Source: Geosiphon pyriformis uo1
Taxonomy: Eukaryota; Fungi; Glomeromycota
Direction of reading: 5' to 3'
Length of the DNA: 64,000 nt
NCBI GenBank assembly: GCA_016748015.1
Contig: JAAOMT010000046.1
Span: 644,697-708,696 of the forward strand
In this document: piece by piece, positions 1-14,559 of the stretch
Numbering within the stretch: the first letter of the stretch is position 1
Layout of the letters: each line of letters opens with the position of its first letter
Position numbers and translations under genes: made by a program
Notes under the pieces: generated by a model
Told to the model about the DNA's origin: nothing
The model's database searches: none
Seen by the model: the letters and a program-made list of their open reading frames with translations, nothing else

Positions 1-3000
1 TGAAACACTTTGAGCAAGCACACTCATTCGGAGTCAAATATAAACATTTGAAATCTTCTCATTATCACCCTGATCATGGAGGATTAAATGTAGATAGCGA
101 AAATTCCAATTTTGTCTCTAAACAATCTTTCGCTTATGCAAGGGCCTGGGACGCTTATTGCCTTGGAAAAATTTTTGATGACATTTATTGTTCTGGCAAA
201 AAAATAACTCCTTCAGAAATGACTGTGTCCCATTTTCGCACAAATGGGTCCGATTTCCAAAGAGGCATCTCCAAGGTCAGAATAAATCAGGTAGAATTTA
301 AAAGAGATGGTCTCTTGCCAGATGATAACCCGCCTCAAGTTTGATTTTGATTTCCAAAACCTCAGGCTCCGTTGGCTGTCGACGGTGTCATTGATGCTTT
401 ATCTTCTCCTGAGTGGATAGAACGTCCTTCCATCGATGCTATTCTCTACACTTCTACGCCGGCAACCAGCTTGCGAGATTACACCACCACCCTACCTATA
501 CCCGAATGTATCTCCGAAGTATACGATTTCCTCACCCGGTTTTATGCAGCGTAAGAATTTGAAATATTTTGCTCTCCTTTATTAATTCGATAAATGTAAT
601 ACTTCAAAGATTCAAACTTATTTTTTATTAGGCATTCGAAAGATAGATTGAAATTAGTCAAAGAATCAATCGAAAAAATATGTCATCTAAATGATGAGGT
701 ATACCTTCAAATCTTTTGTTAATTTATTTATGTATATCGATTGATAATATATGAATAAAATATTTCCTTGATTGTTAAAGGCTTTCAATCTGATTTTGCC
801 AAGTTTGGTGTCTTTGTACTCGTACGATTCCGTTAAAACTCAAGCCCTCAACCTATTTCCCATGCTTGGTCAACGTTTAGGGGAAGAAGAAACCAAAAAT
901 CATTTGCTTAAACCTATTGTCTCTCTTTTTGAAGTATGTGGTTTTCAATAATTTTTAGTTTTCTTTTTTTTTCAAAACCTAAGATATTAATTCGCTGTTT
1001 CTTATAAATCAGTCCTCACGCCCTTCCATCCCCAAGATTTTATTTAACTGGGGGATAATCGAACAGTTTTTAAGAAGATTTGGAATAACCAATTTTTTGC
1101 AACAAATTTTTCCTCTCTATTTGGATGCCCTAACTGTGGATGAAAAAATCATCGCCACTGTCATCCCTGATGTCGAATCGGATTTGAAATATATCATTGA
1201 TGCTCAACTTACGTCAAGTCCCATATCAGTTTCTAGCAGGTTTTCATTCGACACTACTTCTATTCCTACAGTCACGGCACTGGCAAATTCGGCACTTGTT
1301 GATATTTGGTTTGTGACTCATTCATTTTCTCCTTATCCATAGTATAAATGAATTCCTGGACAGGCTCCAAAGACCACAATTAACTTTATTCATTAGCTCC
1401 TTAGTAGGACCGATCCTCACCTCCAAATATATCATGAAACAAGTCTATAAATTATTACTTAAAGAATATAGCTCTTTGAACTTGCTGCTACAATCGATTG
1501 CGACAATTGGTATATATAGCTTCAATATTTAGAAAATTTCGGTTTGGTAGCAACTTACTGTTCGACAATATTTTCATTTAACATGTATATTAGGTCAACA
1601 GTTTGGAGAGACATTTACTTATTTGCAATACTCACACGCTATATCGGTCATTCAGACAAGCAGTTCATCAGCCGACTCTCGAAATACCATCATATTAAAT
1701 AATCATTTAGCGCTATTAGAGAAGGTGAATCATCTTATTTAATAGTTCAATCAATTTCTCGGTACTAATCCTTATCTAACATTCCACTGTTATGGTGCTT
1801 AGCTAACCTCACAAATATCAAGTAATAAGCTATTTACGGAATTTGAATCAGGATTGGCTGACGCATTCATTAAAATTTTAGAATGGAGAGAAATCGATAA
1901 AACCACACGCCCTACAGATACAACTCATAATTTAAAAAACAAACTCTCGGTACATCTTAAGATTATTAATTATTTATTGCAGATCAGCAATAATGGTAGC
2001 AAAGAGGATTGGGAGCGACATGTGAGATCAACTACTTTTTGGTTATTTTTGATTTAACTTAACACTGAAATCGCATCTTTTTATTTCTCAGATAGCGCCG
2101 ATACTACAAAAATATTTTTCTTCCTTTGGAATGTCCCCTGAAAACCTCGAGCAAATTAACTTGGCTAACGGTTCTGGTGATTTGGAGGAAGAAAGGGATC
2201 GACAGGTAAGAAGCCCCATGTGACTATGATAAACTCAATCTTATCAACAGGTTCTCTTATTTCGCTATTGTATAGATGGTATATGCCTATTCTCAATTCT
2301 CTAATTTGGTTGGACAAGAATCAATGCGGCGAGTTGTGCTTATTAGGTAGTGCAAGAATTTTCTAAGAGTATATACCTTTTTGGATAAACTTATGCAAAT
2401 TTTATTTTAGTGATGCTATCGAGAGTCTTATGGAAGATCAGTTATCATCGAGTAATACTCCTCCCATAAGGGTTACACCGCCGCTATCAATAGAATATTC
2501 TCTTAATGGTCATAGCCCAGACGATTCTCAATCTTCTATTTCCTCTGGGGGAGGAAGAGACCTATCTATAAACAAAGGTCACAGTGGTGATGATAAATCA
2601 TTACTAGCCAAACATGGCAAAGAATCGACCATTACCGGCCTTAGTCTTAATAGAGCCTTTTCACTCTTTGGCAATGATGGGATTCGAAAATCCCCCGATA
2701 TAATGAACGGGAAACGATTCCCTAGGAGCATGACCATAGGTGCTGGGTCAGTATCACCCCCTACTGCAGAGAAGTAAGTCATATTCGCTGAATTTTGGAA
2801 TTTATCTTGTCAATATTTATTCAGATGAAAAAAACCATTTTTAATAGATCCAGATTGAAATCCCTCCATCTTACGTGGCGCACCAAAAGCACAGCACAGG
2901 AAGATTTACGGTAAAGATCATTTAAATAAATAAACTTTAACCTGCATGTATGGAAATTTTTTTTTGGGGTATATGCATTGATCGATACCTGTTGCGTTAA

Positions 3001-4801
3001 ATCAAAATCTATGGCAAACAACCAAAAAGGAACCAATATCGAAACCTTTTAAATGTATATTTGTATGCAAGAAATCTCTATCTCTCGCTTGTTCAAGCTC
3101 TTCAAAATATGACATGTGATCAAGCTAACCCTTTATCTTGTTTGCCAAAGGAATTGGAATCGATATCTCTCAACTAACTCTGGTTGGTGCAATAACTTTT
3201 TGGTGACTATTTTAGGCCCAATTTAATTACTAAACATTACCAAATTCACATTTCAGAGGAGATGTCAAATAAGATGCAGTTCACCTTTAATGATCTTAAA
3301 TTACGCACTTATCTGGGTAAGTTCACTTTATTTGTATTTCAACTGAATGTAACTGGTTAATTTTTTGAGAAATTATCCTTTCCATCACGAACAGGTCACG
3401 CGTCAGCTGTCCGTGGAATCGGGATAAATGAGAATTCGCGTATTATCGCTTCTGGATCCCGGGACCGTACAGTCAAACTATGGTCATTAGATATACATCA
3501 TGGAATAGAAAATTCCGCCACCGAACCGTATTCGCAATGTTTAACAACGTATAGTGGTCATCGTAAAGCGGGGGTGGGCGATGTATATTTCGTTGGTGCA
3601 GGAGGCAGTTCGGGACTCGTAGATGTTGTTGCCAGTTGTGATGGTTTCATTCATGTAAGGCGCACAACCATAAATAACCGTTATAAACCTTGATTGTGAA
3701 GTACATCAAAAATAAATAAGACTCATCCCATATACTTGATTCCATGTCGCCTTAAATTGTCACAGTTGTGGCATCCGGAAACTGGACAAACCCTTCATCA
3801 GTTTGGCAATAATCGAACCCCATTCGTTTCGATCAGACCAATGTTTCGTTCACGATATATTCTCGGCGGATTATCTGATAACACCCTTACGTGTGTTCTC
3901 AATTTCCTGTAAACTGAAACATCTGACAATCGTTTTTATGCATGCTTTGAATGTTAATTTTTGCTCTACGCTAGGTTCCTCGATACGGTTAATCATTCTT
4001 CGTTGCATAAATGGAAATGCTCTACTGGTTTTTCAGGTATAAAAACATGATTTATTTGAATTCTATCATTCAATAGTTTCTTAAACGTGGTCTTTCATTC
4101 ACAAAGGGTCAATACGCGCTATCTCGGTCAACAATTCAGAAACACTGATAGCCGTAGGATATTCCAGTGGCATGATATCCCTAATAGACTCGCGGACTGG
4201 GATGATTGTAGGAAGCTGGAAGGCTGGGGATACAGATATAATACATGTAAGTAATACAACTGGACTGTGTTTTTACGGTCCCCCTATTCTCATTTCTCGG
4301 AAATGTTAGTTGAAATTTTATTCTAGTGGCTATTTGATATCCTGCGCACCGGCTGATCATGTCATATGTATTTGGGATACAGACACTATGTCCTTAATTA
4401 AAACGATCAGAGGTAAGACTCATTAAAAGATAAATTTTATTGATAAAGGCTAACTCTGAGTTATGGTCTTTCTTTGAATTTAGTGAGCTCAGATATTGTG
4501 GCCTTGAATATGTATAAGGATGAATTGATTACTATCAATAATAGTAACACAATTGCATTTACTCCTTTAAATGAGAATGTACGTACAAATATTCATTTTC
4601 TTGTATGTGGTGATTTGATTCACAGAAAAACTAATGGTTGTTATTGTTATGGATATTCGACAATTTCAACAGCTCTACGCTTACTCATCGAAATTTAGGA
4701 GTTCTACCATCAAATCCTCGATAACCTCGTTGGGAATCCTACCCATCAATCAACTTTTAGTTATAGGATGTATGGAGGGTAATTTATTTTTGTATGCCTA
4801 G
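1..4801 (+). CDS. WDR81: WDR81-like protein (HEAT-like region plus C-terminal WD40 repeats), 3' portion, multi-exon; 5' end lies outside the window
   Basis: Many GT-AG introns. WD40 exons GHASAVRGIG...ASGSRDRTVKLWSL, YSGHRK...VASCDGFIH-LWHP and IAVGYSSGMISLIDSRTG..VGSWKA; ends VIGCMEGNLFLYA* (TAG 4799-4801), similar to the WDR81 C-terminus. Confidence 0.75.
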
Positions 4802-4977
4802 AAGATACCCTTGTATATTATAATATTATTCTATTATTAAATAATATTTATTTATAATATATATATATAGAGCTTTTATACAATACACAGAAAACTTAAA
4901 ATTAAAAAACCTTTAAGATTGAAAATTTAGACAAATCAAAGATAATGATGACAAAACCACTTTTGTCGTATCGATAC

Positions 4978-6006
4978 TCAATTTTTCCGATACTCAATCT
5001 TTTCCACTTTGACATCACCCTCGACCAATTGGTAAACATAGGTTGTAACTACCAAGCCTTGAACATCCATCAGCACAAATGATGGTTTGATATCACTATT
5101 TTTTCAAAAAAAAATCTTAGCGTCAAAACCATTATTTGTTCATGAAACCAAGCACTTTTTGACAATCAATCTTACTCGGCCCCAAATGCAGAATAGGAGC
5201 CCGTGGCACTACCGGGATTTACGAAAAATTTTCCCTCGTATTCAAACGCCTCAAACCGATGCGTGTGTCCAGTCAACAAGATATCAACATCCATCTGTCT
5301 TGCAACGATTGACAATGATTCGGTATCCCCCACAGGGATTACTTGATGCCCGTGTAGGACGCCTATGCGAAGGGGGCCGTGAGTGACAGTTTTAGAGAGA
5401 GGCCAATTCGGGAACTAGTTCGTGGTGCGCATTTTGATCGCGACATAACGACAATGGGAACAAGAATTTAATGTTGAAGGATAAAAAAAGTGAGAATCAT
5501 GGTGCTTTGCCAGTTTTTCAGCTCAAAATAATCAAAGAGAAAGTAACCAAGCACATTTCTGTCAGGAAATAAGGAAATCAGAAACAGATCATAAATTGGC
5601 ACGTTCCCTTATGCGCAAATTATGCAATTCTACCTCGTCAAAATCTCCTCGCACGACATGTACGTCTGCCGCAACAGTCCTCAAGTAGTCGAAAGTTTCT
5701 TTATCACAAACGTTGCCGGTGCATATGATTTGTTGAATTTTACCGGGTACCTGAAATTTGTAAGAGGAATTTGATGATTCAGGGAACAGGCTAGAGAACA
5801 AGCGAGAAATAAACAAGAATAGTCCAAACCAAAAGTTTCTTAAATTTTGGAGGTAAATCATGTACGCGGTGTGGAATGTGAAGGTCTCCTATCACTAAAA
5901 CTAGCTATGGTGTGAAAAAGTTAAAATAGACGGAATTTAAGCATTAGACACTACTAGCCTTTATATTTAAGTCGCCGCTCAAACATCAAAGTTTTCTCAC
6001 CACCAT
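4978..6006 (-). CDS. VPS29: Retromer subunit Vps29, multi-exon
   Basis: ATG GTG micro-exon (6006-6001), then [80 protein letters not shown]...[11 protein letters not shown] (TGA 4980-4978). Confidence 0.97.
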
Positions 6007-6223
6007 TGTTGAGATCTTCGGAGGTCACAAACCTGTTGGCAACAGTAGGAAAGGCCAGCTGGTGAAAACACTTGGTTTGGCAAAATTAGACAGCTTGGAC
6101 TCTACAAGTTTATGTAATTTGGCCTATCACTGACGTTACATCTTTTTAAAGGCTGTTGAATAGCACAGCGTGATCGCATCTTGAAAGGCTGCATTCTTAC
6201 TTGAACCTCAAGACAAATCCGAC
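6007..6223. promoter_or_regulatory. Probable bidirectional promoter shared by VPS29 and BUD32
   Basis: Only 217 bp separate the two divergent ATGs. Confidence 0.6.
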
Positions 6224-7314
<1,091 letters not shown>

Positions 7315-7607
7315 CTTTCTCGGATTCGTCCAGTAAGCCTCTGAACTAATTTCTGCATATCCTGGCACGATAGAAAATTCATATAATTAAATATGTAAAA
7401 GTCGAATTTTGTTGTTATGCCTACCTAATCTAAGTGTGCAATTTTTATCTATCAAATGAGTGTACCAAGCATAATTGAAGCTCTGAAACTAATCTAAAGA
7501 TTATCATCCGCTCAAAATAATATCGTCAAGAGATAACACGATGGTATGAAGTTTTTCTTTAGCAATTTAATTGAAAAGCAAATTATACTTACCCGCGTAC
7601 AGGAATT

Positions 7608-8936
7608 TTAAATCGTGATGTTAAAAAAGTTCACATTATTAGCACTAATAAAATCGTTTCCGGATCCGAATTCCCGTACCAAAATTCCTTGAGTGAAATA
7701 CCCCTCATCAGTCCAAGCTTTCATATCTGCCCCAGAAAAGGGTCCATATACTTCTTCACTGGACCCGGATGTCCATTTATATTCCCATTGTAATATCGGC
7801 TGCATTGATGCCTCGGGTGAAAGGGTTGTATTTAATGGCTCTTCTAATGTTGGATTAACGTTATCAACCCCTAATCCACTCTCTGTTTGAGAAATTGAGA
7901 ATGCGGGCATCCAATCATCGGAAACTGCCCTTTCCTTTTTTAAATTTCTCAATATTTGCTCCCACGTATCCTCATAAACGTTTAACTGCCCCGAGCTCAA
8001 TGACAGTAATCTATCGGATAATTCAGTCAGACGTTCAATAACACGTTTACGTTGGGATTCTTGGGGGTCTTCCTCATCAGATATTATTGTTATAATGACT
8101 TGATCCTGATTTTCGGACTGTTTCACTATTTTTTTTTTATAAACTCGTTTTCCACGTTTATCCTTTGATTTGGAAGCACTACCACCACCTAATCTTTGTA
8201 AAGCCTCCAGAATATTCTCCCCAGGTTGCATTATGGTCAAAAGCTCTTTCCATATCGATACACGATCCATGGGTTCCTCAGCATGTTGTTGAGCCTCTTT
8301 AAGTTTTTTTTCCTTTTCTTGTTTTTCTTGTGCTATTCGTGCTTTTTTGATGTCATCCCGCGAAACCCCTTGGAGCCAATTATCGTGAAATTCATTCGGA
8401 TCTTTTTTGTTTCTAATATAATTTCCAGCTTCATCAAATTTTCCTTCTTCCATTTCAGCCTTCATATTGAAGGCTTCCAAAGGCGTCTCGCTTGATTCAC
8501 TATCATAATCAAATGAACCAAATTCTTGTCCATGAATATCCTCCATTCCTAAATATCTGGTTTTTGATTTTCCTTTTTTAGTATGCTTCCCATCCAAAGA
8601 TTTTTCGCCGGGGTCGTCGTCATCCGAGGCAAACATATCTTCCTCTACATCTTTCTTTTTTCCGCTTAAGCCTTTGCGACGTTGAAAACGGGCTCCTCCA
8701 TCATCTTCACTGGTATCTGTCTCGTCGCTTCCGTACCCTTCAAGTTTTACAGCACCACGACGAACTTTGGCTGGTTCGAGCGAGTCTTCATGATTAAACT
8801 CAACTTCATCTTGATCGTCACCAAGGTTCGTTGTTATAATATTCTGGGAAACCGAGATTTGATTAAAACGGACACGTTTGGAGCTTGTGTCCTTGTTGGT
8901 AAGTCGAGAAGTCGAGTTGTGCGTTCTTTTGGACAT
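7608..8936 (-). CDS. LIN1: LIN1/CD2BP2 (U5-52K) GYF-domain protein, intronless
   Basis: Open frame from ATG 8936. LEAFNMKAEMEEGKFDEAGNYI, MQPGENILEALQRLG, and C-terminal GYF domain WEYKW...YGPFSGADMKAWTDEGYF. Confidence 0.92.
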   Translation of the reverse strand: MSKRTHNSTSRLTNKDTSSKRVRFNQISVSQNIITTNLGDDQDEVEFNHEDSLEPAKVRRGAVKLEGYGSDETDTSEDDGGARFQRRKGLSGKKKDVEEDMFASDDDDPGEKSLDGKHTKKGKSKTRYLGMEDIHGQEFGSFDYDSESSETPLEAFNMKAEMEEGKFDEAGNYIRNKKDPNEFHDNWLQGVSRDDIKKARIAQEKQEKEKKLKEAQQHAEEPMDRVSIWKELLTIMQPGENILEALQRLGGGSASKSKDKRGKRVYKKKIVKQSENQDQVIITIISDEEDPQESQRKRVIERLTELSDRLLSLSSGQLNVYEDTWEQILRNLKKERAVSDDWMPAFSISQTESGLGVDNVNPTLEEPLNTTLSPEASMQPILQWEYKWTSGSSEEVYGPFSGADMKAWTDEGYFTQGILVREFGSGNDFISANNVNFFNITI

Positions 8937-8999
8937 GTTGGCAAGTCCCTTCACAAATTCTCCATATAGATTTGTTGCTAATTAAAATATAAATCAATA

Positions 9000-10500
9000 A
9001 AGGAGTCTATTTCCAATTTTAAAAGATTTGAAAAATGATAATTTTTAAATTTGAATTAAAAAGCAAATTTTTAATATTAAATCTATAATTAAGTTTTAAT
9101 ATATATAATAGCTTATTTAAACCAATTAAGATTACTTTAAATCAAACTTTAAAAATATGCTTTTATTTTATTTTATTTATAACACAATATTATTAATCTG
9201 AATTTTCAAAAAAACCAAGTATTTAACTTTATATTAAATTTGTTTTTAACAATTAATAAAAAAATAACCAAAACTATTAAAAAGCTAATAAGTTTAATTG
9301 TAAATTTTATTAAATAAAACAACTTTTATAATTAAAATTCAAAAACTTTTTTCTTTTGTACATCTTAAATTTTTTTAAAAATATTATTTTAACAAAAAGT
9401 TTTTTTATTTTTTTGTTATTTTTTTTAAAAAGTAAACTTTTTTGTGATAAATTTGACACAATAATATGGTTAAGAAAAAAACAGTCAAAAAATTTTTTTA
9501 TAATTTTATTAATAGTATTTTTTTTTAAAAGTAAAAGATTTTAATTGGCAATATAAAATACTTAGAAAATAAAAAGAACATATATTTAAACAAACTTTTT
9601 GATAATATTAATATGTTTTTAATATAAAAGTTAAGTCAGATAAAAAAAAACAACATTTTATTAACTAATAATAATTATAAAACAAATAATAAAAAATAAA
9701 GACTATTTTAATTTTAAAATAAATATTTTTAAAACAAAAAAATTAATATTAATATAATAGATAATTATTTTTTGAATTTTTGAACTATAATATAAAAAAA
9801 AACACTTTTTTTTATTTCTGTTATAATATTAATTTAGATTGATTATAAATTGTTAAAAAAAAAGAAAATATTTATTAATAAATCTTATATATTAAATATT
9901 ATTTTTTTAATAATTATAAGCAATTCTGTTATGATAAAAGTAAAAGTTGGTTATTTTTTTTAGTAAATAAATTTAAAAGTATTATTATTTTTTCAAAATT
10001 TAAAAAATTATTAAATTTATTTTTATTTTTAAAAAAAGTCTAAATAAAATTATAGTTTTAACTACTAAAAAAAATCTTAACAAATAATAATCTTAAATAC
10101 AAAAAATTTTAATTTAATTATAATTTATTAAGCTATAATAAAAAACTGTAATAAAATTTTTTAAATTAAACTAAATTAATTTGTTAATATTTAAATAATC
10201 TATTTTAATAGATAAAAATTTTATACATATAATTAAAACTAATATAAATTAAATAATATAATTATTAATAAATCAATTTAGAATATTGTTATTTATTTTA
10301 TTTATAAATATAATTATATATAATTTAAATATTTTTTTAATAAAATCAAAATTTTTTGACTTAAATTTAATTTAATTTGTTGTAAAAAAATATGATTATT
10401 TTGGGTATTTTGTTTTAAAATGTAATTTTTTTAAGACTTTTGTTTTTTTATTTAAAAATTTTTATAAATATATGTTTTTAAATAATAATTAATCTTATTT
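9000..10500. repeat. Extremely AT-rich degenerate repeat DNA, origin not recognisable
   Basis: Almost no C/G and no CpG; no credible ORF. Confidence 0.5.
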
Positions 10501-13500
10501 TACTTATTTATATGTTATTATAAATAAATATTGGTAATAAAATTTTGTAAGTTTTATAACTTGATATTTAATTAATATTTGTTATAATCTGAAAGTTTTT
10601 TTATAATTAAATTTTTATACAATAGACAAAAAGTTATTGTAATTTTAATTTAATAAATCATTTAAAATTTCTTAATATAATAATTAGTTTATTTTGGTAT
10701 TTGTACTTTTTGATAAGTAATATTAATTTTAATAATTATATCTATAATTTTTTTAATGTTTTTTATTAAACAATTCTTAATATTATAATCTTAATGTTTT
10801 TTTTATTAATTAATAATTGAAAAGTTTTAGAAAAATAAATGAATAAAAATAAAAGTTAGTATTTTATTAATAATTATAATTAAAAATTATTGTTTTAATA
10901 TTTTTAAGTTATTGTATTTAATACTAATAATATCAAAATATTAAAATTGTTTTGGATTTTAATAAGATAAATTAAGATTTATCAATAAATAATGTTAAAT
11001 ATTTTAGATAATTATATTTATTAAATTAATTATAATTTAATTAAAGAAATAATAAAGAATAAATTAATCTTAAAATAAACTTGTCTGATTTTTAAATGTT
11101 TTTTTAGTTTTTAATACTTTTGCTATATATATTTATATTTTTATAATACAAAATTTCTATAATTTTTACAATTCTTATAATTTTTGCAATTTTTTTAAGT
11201 TATTATTAGAATTTTTAGTATTTTTAAAATTATTGGCATTCTTGTTAGAATTTTTGGAATTTTTAATATTATATATTTTGATAATCTTTTAATTTACTAT
11301 TGGCTATTTATATTATTATTATTTTTATGTTTTTTTTATATAAGTAATAATATTTAAAAAAAGTGTTTTTTGTATTTAATAGCTTTTAATAAAAAATTTT
11401 AAATTTAAATAGTTTTTTTTAATTTTTAATAATAATAATAAATAATTTTGGTTTTTTTTCAAAATATCTATTTTTTAATATTTATCTGTTTGAATAAATT
11501 ACAATACAACTTAAAAAAATTTTTGGATTTTTAAAAAATTAGATTTTATTTTTATTTATTTATTTATTTTTTAAAATTGTATTTACTATAATACTAATTA
11601 ATAATTTTAATATAAAGTTAATTAATTTTTTATAAAAAATTATTAGTGTACTATTTATTAATATTTATCTTTTTGTTATTATTATTTTTTAATTAAGCAA
11701 CTTAAAAATAAATATATTAACATTTTTTGTTTCTGTTATTGTAATTTTGTTAAAAGTTAATAAGTTGTTCTTTATAAATAAAAATTTAATACTATTTTTT
11801 AATTAAGCCATTTATTTATAAATAATATAATAATAATAATAGTTTTTTATTTTAAATTTTTGGCTTAATTTTACTAGTGTTTTGTTAACAAAGTAGATTT
11901 TTTGATTAAATAGTAATTTTTTTAGATATTTATGTTAATATATCAAATTTTAATAAATAAATTCAGTTACTAATTTTGTATTGGCTTTTTATATAACTCT
12001 AGTTTTTGGTTATTTAATAAAATAATTCATAATAATAATAATATATTTATTATCTCTAATTATTATTAATAATAATTTAATTATATTGATTTCAATCTTA
12101 TTAAATAATTATTTAATTTTGATTAATCTTAATAGTTTACTTGGTTTTATTTTTTTTTGATAAATATTATAGTTTTTTATATATTGTTTTATGTTTAAAT
12201 ATATTGTTGGTTAATAATATAATTTTTTGGTTTTTCTAATGTTAATTTTTAGTTAAAATATTCTGTTATTAGATCAAAATACATATTAAAAAATATTGTT
12301 TTTTTTCTTGTTTTTTATTATTTTTAATAAACTGTTTATATATTGTTAATTTTTTTAGTAAAATATATTTTGGTAATTAATATAATATTTGACTTTTTAG
12401 TATATTTTATTTTGTTTATTTAAAATAATTTTTTTTAAATTGTTTAATAGTAATATAATATAATAATTATTAATAGTTTTTATTATTTATTTTATTATTT
12501 TTGTTGTTGTTTTATTTCTATGACTGTTTTATTTATGATAAGCTATCAATATTTCTATTTTGTTTTTTTTATAATGTATTTTGTATTTAAAAAATAAAAG
12601 AACTGTCTTTTATTTGGCAATTTTATTGTTAGCTAATTTTTTTTTGCCAATAATATTAATTTTTTATAATTAATATAAATATTAAATTCTTAATATAGAT
12701 ACTTTTTTTATTTAATAATAGTTTATTATATTGTTAAGTATTTTAATATTAGAGTTTTATAATTTTTTTTTATTGACATATATTACTGGATGTTTTTACT
12801 TATTAGATTTTTATTATAATAATACTGTTTTTAATGCTATTTTTAAAGTATCTGTAATAATTATAAATTTTTTGTTATAATTTAAATATATTAAAATTAA
12901 GACTTGTATAAGTTTTTATTTTAATGTTTTAAAAGTTTATTGTTGTATATTTATTTATTTATATTAAATATTTTTAATTTAAAGTTGATAAAGTAATTAA
13001 ATAATTGTTAAAAAGTTTTGTATAAATTATTAATAATATTTAACTAGTTTTAAAAAGTTTTTAAGTTTTGTTAAGTTTTTGAGTTTTAAAAAGTTTTTAA
13101 TTTTCTTAATTTTATTTAAATTGGTTTTAATGTTTTTTTTTAACTATATGTTCTAAAAATTTAAGTTCTGTTTTTCTGAAAAAACATTTATTTGTATTTA
13201 ATTTCAATTTAATACATCTTAATCTTTTAAATACTTGTTGTAAATAATAAAAATATTTATTAAATAATTTTAAAAATATATTGGTATTATTTAAATAAAT
13301 AATTTTTATTAATTGTTGAAATAAAAAAAAAATATTTATTAAGTTAAATAGCATTACTTCAAATTTTAAATTTTTTTTTGTCATAAATAATATTTTTTTT
13401 GTCATTTGGATCCATAATTACTTATAAATATCTATTATTTAAGTTGAATATAAAAAACCATTTTTTACTAAATGTATTAAATAATTCTTGAATTTTTGAT

Positions 13501-14559
13501 ATTAGATAATTATTATTATAAGTAATACTGTTAAATTTGTAATAATTTGCACAAAATTAAATTTTGTTATTTTTTTTGTACTAATATTATTAATGATAAT
13601 TATAAATTTATAAATATCAAATTAATTTACTGTTTAATATTTAATTAATTTTTTTTTAATAATATTATAACTGACTAGTAATATTTTATATGCTTTTTGT
13701 TTAATTGATATTGTGTCTTTAGTTTTAATTTTGTATTAAATTATATTAGTTTTTCTAAACTTATTTTTACTTACAAAAATATTAATATATTGTTTAAGCA
13801 ATATTTTTTGTAACTAATTCAAGTTTTCTAAGTTTATTTGTTCTAATTGCTTTGATTAAAACAAATAACATTCATTTTTTTGGGCCTAAACTTAAGATAT
13901 AAAGTTCACATATCTACATAATTAGTTAAAATTTAAAACATTAATAAACAGTTGGTTTTTAACTTTTAAACTTAAATATTTAATAATAATATTAACTAAA
14001 ATTTTCACATAATTTTTTGTATTATTAAAAATTAAAATTTTAATGTTTTTATAAATTTTTGTTAATATATATAAGTTAATAATAATAATTATTTTATTCT
14101 AGTATTTTTTTGGTTCTGTTTTAAAAATTTGTAGTTGATTTTTGATTTTTTTAAGTATTTCTAACAAATATTTATAATATAATAGAATAAAAACAATATA
14201 ATTAATGAAAATAATTTTTTTTTGTTAGTAGTTTTATCTGCTATATTGACAAATATATTAACTTTTTTGGTTAATTCAAATTTCTAATTTTTTTTAATTT
14301 TTTTTTGATTCTATTAATATTAATTTAACTATTTTAATTAAAAATAAGAATATAGTTTATTAATTTTATTTTATAGGTTTTGTTTTAATTATTTTATAAT
14401 ATAATAATAATATTTTTATTTTTATTTTTTTTTTATTAATGTTTAATGAGTAAGGCCCAAAAGCCACCTAGTGCAATACATCAAACTAAGTGATTTAAAC
14501 TAGGCACTAATCATGTACTTTCTACACATGACCAGCCACTTGGACTGATCAGAGCAATA

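Noticed and set aside
7693-8969. Antisense ORFs over LIN1, and similar shadow ORFs over 4E-T, the lipase and the LINEs
   Set aside because: Opposite-strand or off-frame shadows of real coding sequence with no recognisable motifs.
9000-14400. Organellar or endobacterial insertion, or an alternative genetic code, as the cause of the AT desert and in-frame stops
   Set aside because: Recognisable Gypsy RT, dUTPase and LTR remnants; stops of all three types fall where Q, R or W is expected, which fits C>T/G>A mutation, and host genes use the standard code.
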